Source: Mariniblastus sp. (GTDB taxonomy: Bacteria > Planctomycetota > Planctomycetia > Pirellulales > Pirellulaceae). From it: a stretch of 64,000 nt of DNA. Location: assembly GCA_022447555.1 (NCBI GenBank), contig JAKVBF010000010.1:205257-269256 (forward strand), in the 5' to 3' direction. The translations under genes and the position numbers were made by a program. This document shows, in pieces, positions 33,523 to 41,955 of this stretch (position 1 is the stretch's first letter; every line of letters begins with the position of its first letter). The notes under the pieces were generated by a model. The model saw only the letters and a program-made list of their open reading frames with translations. It did no database searches and was not told the DNA's origin.

Positions 33523-34800
33523 TTACTGTTTTAGCTGAAGCGGGTTTGATCGATTGATCCCGTCGACAATTTGCCGCCGTGAACCAACCGTGACATCCAG
33601 TTCGCATTCGATACCGTCGCGAAATACTTTCAGTCGAACTTTAGTGTTGGGTGACGTCATGTCCACAAATCGGTATAGATTGCCATGTTCGACAATCGCG
33701 GTTCCGTTCCAGGACCGAACGACATCATTTTTTCTCAAACCGGCAATATCCGCCGGGGAATTCAGAATCACGTCTCGGATTAATGCGCCATTGATGTCGG
33801 GCAATTTTAAACGAGTCGCGTCGCTTTGGAAAACCGGTTCCGGGTAGGCCCCGAGGATTCCGAAATCGACGAAGCCTTTGACAATCATTTGGTCGAAGAC
33901 GAACTTGGCTACTTCGCTTGGTACCGCAAAACTGATTCCTTGAAATTGCGCACCGTGAATAGCCGTATTGATACCCACCACACGGCCCTGCGCGTCGACC
34001 AGGGGCCCGCCACTGTTTCCGGGATTGACGGCGGCGTCGGTTTGTAGCATTTGTTGATGTCCATTGTTACTGCGCATCCGGTTTTTAGCGCTGATGATTC
34101 CAGAAGTCACGGTTTGGTCATAGCCAAAGGGACTACCCACGGCCCAAACGATGGAGCCGACGCTCAAATCTTCACTCAATCCCCACTCCGCTGGTATCAG
34201 ATTATTTCCTTCGATTTTCAAGACTGCTAAATCGTTAAGCACATCCGGTTCGCCAACTTGAGTTGCCGAAAACGTTCTTCTATCGTGGAGGACGACGCGA
34301 ATCTGTTGGGCGTCTTGTACGACGTGCGCATTAGTAAGGATGTGACCCTCGCTCGTCATAATGACACCGGAACCTTGGCCGGCGAGGTTCCTCATTAATG
34401 GCCCAGACGGCACTGCCGTTTGAATGCTGACAACGCTGGGCCGGACCTTTTGAGCGACGAGTTCATAAGCATTGGAGACACTCTCTAGAGGTTTTTTTTC
34501 TAGCAGCTGCACTGCATTCTCGTACTCCGCTCGGACGCGGCCTCGGGTTGCCGCATACTGATATTGCTCGATCATTTGTGGAGCCAAGTTCCAAGCAAGC
34601 AACGCGATCGCAAACAACGTTAAAAACCAGAGCAATCGAAACATTCCACTCCCATTGGGTTGGGGAATGGTGGACAGCGAATCGGTTGCTGGTGGCGGTA
34701 GAGGCCGGTCAGAGTGTTGGCTCGAAATCTCTTTGGCTTCAGAGTCAGAATAGGGGTACATCGTGATTCTGGTTCCGGTTTGAGTTTGTATGATCAGCAC
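33523..34800 (-). CDS. htrA: HtrA/DegP-family (S1C) serine protease with PDZ domain
   Basis: GSGVIMTSEGHILTNAHVV (His), DLAVLKI (Asp), TDAAVNPGNSGGPLV (Ser), and a C-terminal PDZ-like region. Has an N-terminal membrane anchor. Confidence 0.9.
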   Translation of the reverse strand: MLIIQTQTGTRITMYPYSDSEAKEISSQHSDRPLPPPATDSLSTIPQPNGSGMFRLLWFLTLFAIALLAWNLAPQMIEQYQYAATRGRVRAEYENAVQLLEKKPLESVSNAYELVAQKVRPSVVSIQTAVPSGPLMRNLAGQGSGVIMTSEGHILTNAHVVQDAQQIRVVLHDRRTFSATQVGEPDVLNDLAVLKIEGNNLIPAEWGLSEDLSVGSIVWAVGSPFGYDQTVTSGIISAKNRMRSNNGHQQMLQTDAAVNPGNSGGPLVDAQGRVVGINTAIHGAQFQGISFAVPSEVAKFVFDQMIVKGFVDFGILGAYPEPVFQSDATRLKLPDINGALIRDVILNSPADIAGLRKNDVVRSWNGTAIVEHGNLYRFVDMTSPNTKVRLKVFRDGIECELDVTVGSRRQIVDGINRSNPLQLKQ

Positions 34801-34940
34801 TCATTATACAAAGTTGGTTTGGTCAGGGGGCCGTGAATTTTCGGGAATTATTTTGGTGTGCTACTTGGGGTACCTCTTTAGGTTATTCACCTCACCTTTT
34901 TATGGACTTTCCTTGTTCATCGACTTTACCGGCTAAATGT

Positions 34941-34972
34941 AAAAATAAATTCCAAAACACTATGTTTTGGAA
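34941..34972 (-). terminator. intrinsic terminator downstream of the 35010-37568 gene
   Basis: On the minus strand, a perfect 9-bp stem UUCCAAAAC/GUUUUGGAA with a 5-nt loop, followed by UUUAUUUUU. Confidence 0.7.
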
Positions 34973-35009
34973 TGAGACTCGTCGGTGAGATCTGTTTTTT
35001 GGAGATCGT

Positions 35010-37568
35010 CTATTTACCCTCTTGAATGCTATCGAGCGTGGCGGCGTATTTTTGATTCGTCAAAAGATTCTGTTCTTCAAGAATGTCTCGGACCTTATTT
35101 TTACCAACGGTGTTCCCCCAGTTTACTAGCCACGCGTTCGTGTCGTTAGGCCGCGCCACTTCGTATCCGGCGGTTCGAGCGAGTTGGATGCTTCGAAGGT
35201 TGTTGTAAAGCTGCTGCTTGCTTGCGCTGTCGCCGCGTTCAGTAGACCAGACATACCATCGTATTAATTGTCCAACTAATTGTTGAGCTTCGGTTTTGCC
35301 CCATTGAATACCCGGTAGGAACAGTGCACCCCCTTTCCAGGGAACTGCCTGGGCAGCTGGGTTAAATTGGAGTTCACTGATAACCAATTCGGCTACCGCT
35401 GAGCTTTGTCCCTGATTTGCGAGTGCCCCGAGGTAACCGGCTGCCATGCGGCGGAGGTTGTTGTCATTTCCGTGGGCCGCGACTTTAGCGATTTCTTCAG
35501 GACCAAAAGCCATGATGGCAGGAGCTAAAGCAGCCGATAATTGGGGGACTTTGATCGTAGCGCCGATGATCTTGGAGAGGTCCGCAGGCTTGTCCGTTTC
35601 GTTCAATTGCTCAACCAAGCGGAGGCCGATTGGCCGTCCGAGCGCTGGGAACGTTTGGATAAGATTTGCTTTCTCAATCAGACCATTGGTCGATTGCGTC
35701 ATACTGACACGAGCTGCGGCTGCCCAGGTTCTGACGATTGGCGCATTATCTTGGTTGGCATGTATGTCCAGCAATTTCTCATCAACATCACTGCCACCGA
35801 TCTCGGCCAGAGCAGCGATGGCCCAGCCTTTTTGCGGGAGTTCACCATCAGCCTCGGTGAGGTTGATGAGCGCGTCAACGACCTGTTTTTTATCGGCTTC
35901 ACTTTGGCCTGCCAAAGCTGCAAGTTCTTCAATTCCGGCCGCTGAGGTTTTAGAGTTGTTAAGCTTTCCCAGCATTTCGTTCAAATCAAGTATCGCGGGG
36001 TTGCTTGAGTGGAGTGTCTTGTTAGGACCGGTTGGATGGGGAGAGGCCGAGAAACCATTGGTTGTAAATAAGGTTGCCAACAACAGTAATGCCAGCGAGG
36101 TTTTCGTCTTGCCACTGAAACACCAAGTTAGAACCAAAGCCATCCCGAGACCCATTATCAAAAAGGCGGTGATTCGACTAAGCGTGTGCTCATTCCGAAC
36201 GCTCTGCTGAACTCCAGGCCAGTCGATCGAGCTGGTTTTCAGCACGCCCTCTTTTTTGCCTCCGGGCGCAAATAGTGTCGCTTGGTATGCCTCCGTATTG
36301 TTTTTTGAAACGGGCATCGTGTAAAGCTCAAAGGTAAGGTTGTCCTCGGCGACCACATTCCGAGGAAAATCTCCGTCCACGACGGTCAAGGTCATGTTGT
36401 TTAATAGACTAAGACCTCGTTCAACGGTTTTTTTACGGTGGGCCATCAAGGCTTTATTATTTAAGTCATCGATCTCCGTTCCTCGTAATCCAAAAAATTC
36501 GCCAACTCGTAACAATTCCTTTTCCATTTCCTCGTGCTGAAGAGACAAATCTCCCGTCGCCACGGCTAGTAGGTCGGAGGCAAACAGTTCTTTGGCCATC
36601 GCGTTGTGAGGGTCCGGCTTGCGCTCTTCGTCGAGCGATTTTTGACGGTATTCTGGAATGTCCTTTTCGGTGCCACCAATGATTCTTAATGGAAGTGGTC
36701 CCGTTACGTTTTTTATTACCTGCTCGCCTTTCAGTTGGCGGACTACAAACTCTTCGGGAATCGCTTGAATTTTTCTTGGACCATCGGTCAATAAGTAAAC
36801 AATGTTTCGTAGATCTCCTCCGTTGAAAGCACTCAAACGCATGGGCACAACGAGCTCTTCTGACTCAAATCGAAATCCCATGCCTTGAACGTGTCCATCA
36901 AAAACACTGTTAGTTGGCAAGTCTGAGTTGATCTGCCTTTGGCCTGGGGCCGGATGGACTGCCCCTTTATTGCCCACTTTGGTTTTGACTGCGACGAAAC
37001 ACCAGTCCAATTTGACGTAGTCCTCGGTGACCGCGTCCATTCCCTCTGGGTACCGAAATCCGTTTTGATCCATCCATTCCTTAAGTGCTTTAGCGCTGCC
37101 CGCTTGTAGGACAGCCACTTCGTACATTCCCACCGCTTCCTGATTCAAAACAACCACGGATTCCTCCATAAAAGACAAACCCGCTGCCGCTCTAGGCATT
37201 GCCGAATCCACATCTTCGAGGGTCATGAATACTTCTCTAAGATCCACGACGACTTCGGGAGGATCGATCGCGTTGGCGATTTGCTCAAAAATATTATCAG
37301 GTACTTTCCTCAGTGACGGTGGATTGGGGAACGGAATCAGCATCCCAAAATTATCGACATTGCCCTGAAAGCCAGGGCGAATCACAAAAGTTTGAATGCC
37401 GTCCTTGTGAAAGACATACGTTTTCTGTAGCCCAATCCTTGTAATCGAACCATTACCCAAGTAGATCGGGGGAACCATCCCGCAGGGATCAGCGGCGGTA
37501 GGCGATGCCTGAATGAAAAGGGCCAGCATGAGCGAGGTTAAAAAAGTCTGGATTTTATAGTTGGACAT
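35010..37568 (-). CDS. secreted/membrane protein: N-terminal domain paralogous to 37647-39164 (possibly DUF2330), fused to a C-terminal HEAT-like repeat domain
   Basis: 852 aa. Signal peptide then DPCGMVPPIY. The first ~430 aa are highly similar to the upstream paralog. Two hydrophobic segments mid-protein, then an alpha-helical repeat tail. Confidence 0.7.
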   Translation of the reverse strand: MSNYKIQTFLTSLMLALFIQASPTAADPCGMVPPIYLGNGSITRIGLQKTYVFHKDGIQTFVIRPGFQGNVDNFGMLIPFPNPPSLRKVPDNIFEQIANAIDPPEVVVDLREVFMTLEDVDSAMPRAAAGLSFMEESVVVLNQEAVGMYEVAVLQAGSAKALKEWMDQNGFRYPEGMDAVTEDYVKLDWCFVAVKTKVGNKGAVHPAPGQRQINSDLPTNSVFDGHVQGMGFRFESEELVVPMRLSAFNGGDLRNIVYLLTDGPRKIQAIPEEFVVRQLKGEQVIKNVTGPLPLRIIGGTEKDIPEYRQKSLDEERKPDPHNAMAKELFASDLLAVATGDLSLQHEEMEKELLRVGEFFGLRGTEIDDLNNKALMAHRKKTVERGLSLLNNMTLTVVDGDFPRNVVAEDNLTFELYTMPVSKNNTEAYQATLFAPGGKKEGVLKTSSIDWPGVQQSVRNEHTLSRITAFLIMGLGMALVLTWCFSGKTKTSLALLLLATLFTTNGFSASPHPTGPNKTLHSSNPAILDLNEMLGKLNNSKTSAAGIEELAALAGQSEADKKQVVDALINLTEADGELPQKGWAIAALAEIGGSDVDEKLLDIHANQDNAPIVRTWAAAARVSMTQSTNGLIEKANLIQTFPALGRPIGLRLVEQLNETDKPADLSKIIGATIKVPQLSAALAPAIMAFGPEEIAKVAAHGNDNNLRRMAAGYLGALANQGQSSAVAELVISELQFNPAAQAVPWKGGALFLPGIQWGKTEAQQLVGQLIRWYVWSTERGDSASKQQLYNNLRSIQLARTAGYEVARPNDTNAWLVNWGNTVGKNKVRDILEEQNLLTNQKYAATLDSIQEGK

Positions 37569-37646
37569 GGATTAATTCCTCGTCTCTGTCACAAGTGTTC
37601 ATCGGGTCGTCTATATCGTCATTGGCCAATTGTTCGTTCTATCTCA

Positions 37647-39164
37647 TTATGTCGAGACCGCAGCAGGTGTTCGTTTACGTTTTCGATGCCCCAGTGTAGC
37701 GATTCCGCTTAAGACAAGTATCAGGGCAAGGGGCAGCGTACTTGCGATACGCTTGGGGAAATGAGTTTCCAAATCACCGCGCATGAATGCTTTGTATTCT
37801 TGCTCACTAACGCGTTTGCCCTGACGTTTTGGAGGTGACTTGTTGAGTTTGGCATCGTAGACATCGGCTCGATTTTGCTCAGCAGGCATCTCATAGGTGG
37901 CAAACGTCAAGTTCTGGTTGGCTAAAACGTCTCGTGGAAAGTCTCCATCAATCACCGTCAATGTCATCGATTTGAGAGAGTTCAATGACTTTGCGACGAT
38001 TTTTTCAGAGGCCCGTTTGTTTGCTTTAGCGATATCTTGATCATAACCACCTCCGCGTAGTCCAAAATATTCTCCGATGCGAAGAAGTTGTTTTTCGGAT
38101 TCTTCATGCTGAAGCGATAACTGTCCAGTCGCTACCGCCAATAAGTCAGACGCAAACAGTTCGGCAGCAATTCCATTTTTAGGTTTTGGAGCCCGAGAGT
38201 TTGCAAGATTTTTTCGTTGCCACTCTCCAACATCTTTCATCGTTCCGCCAATAATACGTAGAGGGAGTGGCTGAGTCAGGTTGTCGAATAACTGCTGACC
38301 TTTCACCTGGCGAACGACGAATTCTTCGGGAATTGCTCGGATTTTTTTGGGCTGATCGGTTAATACATACACAACATTTCTTAGTTCACCAGAATTAAAG
38401 GCACTGAGTCGCATTGGGACAACCAGTTCGTCCGACTTGAATCGAAATCCCATACCCTGAACGTGTCCATCGAAGACACTTCCTTTAGGGAGGACTGGAT
38501 TGACTTGTCGTTGGCCGGGGGCGGGTTCAACGGATCCTTTGTTCCCAACTTTGGTTTTGACGGCAACAAAACACCATTCTTGCTGAATGTAATCCTCGGC
38601 CACCGAATCCATTCCATCGGGGTAAATGAATTTATTCTGATCCATCCATTTTTTAAGTGCTTTGGAACTGCCAGCTTGAAGAACTGCCACCTCATACATA
38701 CCAACAGCCTCTTTCTTCAGGACTCGGACTTCGGATTCTTGGAGCCCTTTAAATTTTAGCCCGGCTATTGGAGGGCCTGCGTTGCCCGCGTCGAAGGCTC
38801 TTGCTCGCCTGCGGATTCGTAAATCAATGACCACCTCGGGGGGGTCGATCGCATTGGCGAGTTGTTGGAAAACATTGTCGGGGACTTTTCGCAGCGCGGG
38901 GGGCGTTGGAAATGGGATCAGCATCCCGAAGTTGTCAACCTTCCCCTGAAACCCGGGTCGAATGACGAAGGTTTCAATCCCGTCTTTGTGAAACACGTAG
39001 GTTTGTTGCAAACCAATTCTGGTGATCGGCGAGCCGGGGCCGGTATAAATCGGGGGGATCATGCCACAAGGGTCCGCCTGAGTGCTGCCTAAGAACAAGC
39101 CCGACAGGAAAAGCGTAAGAGTTCCGAAGCACTTATGAAAATATTTTGGGTTAGGAGTCTTCAT
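37647..39164 (-). CDS. secreted, C-terminally anchored protein, paralog of 35010-37568 N-domain (possibly DUF2330)
   Basis: DPCGMIPPIY...GFQGKVDNFGMLIPFP...GMYEVAVLQAGS shared with the neighbour. C-terminal TM plus HRKRKR tail. ATG at 39164 is preceded by GGAGA, and the ORF is open to 39215. Confidence 0.7.
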   Translation of the reverse strand: MKTPNPKYFHKCFGTLTLFLSGLFLGSTQADPCGMIPPIYTGPGSPITRIGLQQTYVFHKDGIETFVIRPGFQGKVDNFGMLIPFPTPPALRKVPDNVFQQLANAIDPPEVVIDLRIRRRARAFDAGNAGPPIAGLKFKGLQESEVRVLKKEAVGMYEVAVLQAGSSKALKKWMDQNKFIYPDGMDSVAEDYIQQEWCFVAVKTKVGNKGSVEPAPGQRQVNPVLPKGSVFDGHVQGMGFRFKSDELVVPMRLSAFNSGELRNVVYVLTDQPKKIRAIPEEFVVRQVKGQQLFDNLTQPLPLRIIGGTMKDVGEWQRKNLANSRAPKPKNGIAAELFASDLLAVATGQLSLQHEESEKQLLRIGEYFGLRGGGYDQDIAKANKRASEKIVAKSLNSLKSMTLTVIDGDFPRDVLANQNLTFATYEMPAEQNRADVYDAKLNKSPPKRQGKRVSEQEYKAFMRGDLETHFPKRIASTLPLALILVLSGIATLGHRKRKRTPAAVST

Positions 39165-39312
39165 TTGTTTTCTCCATCTCAATACGAATTTCAATTTGAC
39201 CTTGGCAATCTTCAACTCCGTTACTGATCCAGACTTGATCTAGCTTTTGCCATTCACTGCCGGATTGGTGAACCGCGAACCACGGTCCTGCGACGAAGTG
39301 CACACCCTCTAG

Positions 39313-40053
39313 TCACAATCGGGCCCAAATGTGATTGAGTCCTACGCGTTTGATGGTCCCGCTGGTAACAAGCGGCTGCAGTGCGTTTGTTTTCATCTCA
39401 AAAACATGTCGTCTATCGAAGGGAACTTTCGTGGGGGGAAGCCAAGATCTTCGAGTACCATCCTTTTCGATGACTCGAATCGAAACCGAGGCGTGGGTTC
39501 GCGAAAGTTCTCGGCGTAGTAAATTAGCCCGCTGAGAATCCAAGACGTCAGACCCAATTCGGTCGAGATAGGCTAGGCTTTGAGGTCCGTAAAATAGCAG
39601 TTCCTCTAGTGCAGGACTGTCATTACTGAGGGGTTGGACTGCATAGTCTAGTAGGAGAGCACGATACCGAAATTCTGACAAATAGCCGGTGGGGTGTCGA
39701 CTGAGGGCACAGCCCGAAGCACAAACTTTGTCGCCGTGAGGTTGGAAAATGGCGAGCTTCTCGGATTCAGGGGAGTTACTTTCCCATACCAGGGTGTCGG
39801 GATTTGGTTTGGTCGGATGCTTTACGTCGAGTGGTGGAATCAAGGTGTTTTCATCTTTGTGCAGCTGACTGAGTGGGAGATCAGGGATTTGGTCCTTGTC
39901 AGAGGGTTGGAAATTCGCCGGAACCGGTCGCGGGAACCGCCTTGGGAATTCAGGGCCATCGTCAGGGTCTCCCAGAATCAATCGAGCCAGATTTCCCAGT
40001 CCTAATCCGAGAAGAACTAATAAAAGCCCCGATTTTAAGTAGCTGCGTCTCAT
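39313..40053 (-). CDS. hypothetical N-terminally anchored protein
   Basis: 246-aa ORF with signal/anchor MRRSYLKSGLLLVLLGLGLG. Same strand and directly upstream of the paralog pair. Confidence 0.55.
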   Translation of the reverse strand: MRRSYLKSGLLLVLLGLGLGNLARLILGDPDDGPEFPRRFPRPVPANFQPSDKDQIPDLPLSQLHKDENTLIPPLDVKHPTKPNPDTLVWESNSPESEKLAIFQPHGDKVCASGCALSRHPTGYLSEFRYRALLLDYAVQPLSNDSPALEELLFYGPQSLAYLDRIGSDVLDSQRANLLRRELSRTHASVSIRVIEKDGTRRSWLPPTKVPFDRRHVFEMKTNALQPLVTSGTIKRVGLNHIWARL

Positions 40054-40164
40054 GGATTATCTTCGGTTAAGTTATAGCTTCGTGGGAACCTGCGTTTGAC
40101 GGCGAGTGTCTTAGAAGAGTTCCCGATTTGATTTAGTTTTTTAAAAATATGAACAAGATGGGGT

Positions 40165-41946
40165 TTGCTTAAAAAACAACTCCTGCCGAAATCATCTTGG
40201 CGCATTATGATGAGCTTTTCAAGCGATCTAGGCCGGTTTTTGATCCACCGGCAAACCATTCACTGGGGGAACGAGGTAGTCAGCGTGTTGTTGAGATTTC
40301 CACAATCTAAAAGAGTCTCTCTCTCGGATTCGTGTGAATTTTGCAGGAAACCGGTTTATGTAACGCTCGCGGTTGTAATCTGTCTTGCGTCATTAAAAAG
40401 CGGCTTGCTAATTAATAACGTTGTCGCCCAAGCGTCTGGATTGCCACGAACCAACTCGATTGCCGGGAAGACGAACGTCGAACCAGTGGTGTGGCGATTT
40501 GGTAAAACTGGCGCAGATTCTAAATCAAACGGGTTTTACCTTTTACAGTTTTCACCCAACGGTCGCTTTTTGGCAGCTAGAAATCGTGACAACGTCGTTC
40601 AGATTCAGGATTTAAATCTTCGCCAGGAACTGTGTCAGATAGATGGCCATGAGTCACGAATTTTAGGTTTAGAATTTTCGCCGGACTCTAAGTTTTTTGT
40701 TACTGCTGCTCCCGGGGTCGGCGAAAAAACGAAAGTCTGGGAAACAGAAACGGGCACCCTAGTGTTGACGTTACCGACGGATGCCCGCACCGCTCATTTC
40801 AACGACAGCGGTGACGAGTTAGTTTTATTAGGTGATAAGCAGATCAAGTATTTTGAGTGGCCTGGAGGTAAAGAGTTGTCGAGTAAAACTTGGGTCACCG
40901 GTTCCGAACAACCGGTGGCGCTATCCCGGGATGGTCAATTGGTTGCGTCGTACCGTTCAATCAATAATAGCCTATACCAATGTCAGCTTACGGATATCAA
41001 GACGGGAACCCAGATTCTACTTGATGGCCCTGATGGTCCCGCTTTCTATCCTAAGACCATGCTGATCTCGCCCAATAAACAATTGGTGGCGGCAAATTTT
41101 ATACGCCAGAATTATGTCGGTTTGTGGGATCTACGCGACCCATCCGAAATGAAATATCAACTAGCAGGCCATGATAAGGATATTCAATCGATCGCTTTTT
41201 CCGCCGACCATCGTTTTTTGGTTTCCACAAGCTGGGATAAGACTTCCATCATTTGGGATTTGCTAACACGTGAAGCGATCCACCGTATCGAGGGCCATTC
41301 TGAATCGGTCACCGCTGGCGCGTTTTCGCCGGTCGGTCTCAGTCTGGCCACCGGAGCCTCGGGGCGGACGGATAGCTCGGTGATTTTGTGGGACTTATCA
41401 AAATTTCTCTTCCCATCGGCCCCAGAGACCGTTACGGCTGAATCATTTGAGGAGAGTTGGCGTCAGTTGGGGAGTGCGCTCGCGGAGCAGGGATTGAATG
41501 CCGTCAATGATTTGCGATACTCGTCTGAGGTAATCAAACCACTCTTGAAAGATAGGATCGGTTTACTTGAACACACAGTCAGCCATCAAGTGCTGCAGAC
41601 GTGGGTCGATGCTTTGGATGACCCGTCTTTTACCGTTAGAGAACAGGCGACGGAAAATTTACTCAGAGCGCGCGGCTTGGCGGATGCGTTACTCCATCAA
41701 ACACTTCGAGAAACTGATCGTTCCGAGGTGCGTTATCGAATCACGAGGATATTGAAAACGCCGATCACTCGCCCAGAAATCAACTTAGCCGAGCTCAGGC
41801 GATTGCACCGAGTGGTTTTTTTGTTGGAGTTGATCAACGATCAAGCAGCTCGGGATTTGTTGCGTTTAATCGCCAGTCAGCATCCACATGTTGATATTTC
41901 CCAAGATGCCGCTGCGGCCCTTAATCGCATGGAACGAAACCAATAA
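40165..41946 (+). CDS. WD40 repeat protein with N-terminal anchor
   Basis: Repeated GH..x..l.FSPD...WD-type blades (GHESRILGLEFSPD, GHDKDIQSIAFSAD...SWDKTSIIWD, GHSESVTAGAFSP). The start is uncertain. Confidence 0.75.
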   Translation: MLKKQLLPKSSWRIMMSFSSDLGRFLIHRQTIHWGNEVVSVLLRFPQSKRVSLSDSCEFCRKPVYVTLAVVICLASLKSGLLINNVVAQASGLPRTNSIAGKTNVEPVVWRFGKTGADSKSNGFYLLQFSPNGRFLAARNRDNVVQIQDLNLRQELCQIDGHESRILGLEFSPDSKFFVTAAPGVGEKTKVWETETGTLVLTLPTDARTAHFNDSGDELVLLGDKQIKYFEWPGGKELSSKTWVTGSEQPVALSRDGQLVASYRSINNSLYQCQLTDIKTGTQILLDGPDGPAFYPKTMLISPNKQLVAANFIRQNYVGLWDLRDPSEMKYQLAGHDKDIQSIAFSADHRFLVSTSWDKTSIIWDLLTREAIHRIEGHSESVTAGAFSPVGLSLATGASGRTDSSVILWDLSKFLFPSAPETVTAESFEESWRQLGSALAEQGLNAVNDLRYSSEVIKPLLKDRIGLLEHTVSHQVLQTWVDALDDPSFTVREQATENLLRARGLADALLHQTLRETDRSEVRYRITRILKTPITRPEINLAELRRLHRVVFLLELINDQAARDLLRLIASQHPHVDISQDAAAALNRMERNQ

Positions 41947-41955
41947 GATTTTGGT

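Noticed and set aside
35446-36210. 254-aa ORF (and nested 134-aa ORF) antisense to the HEAT-like domain of the 852-aa protein
   Set aside because: It is Ala/Ser/Pro-rich with no start context. It mirrors an Ala/Leu-rich coding region whose antisense frames lack stops. The sense-strand gene has paralog support.
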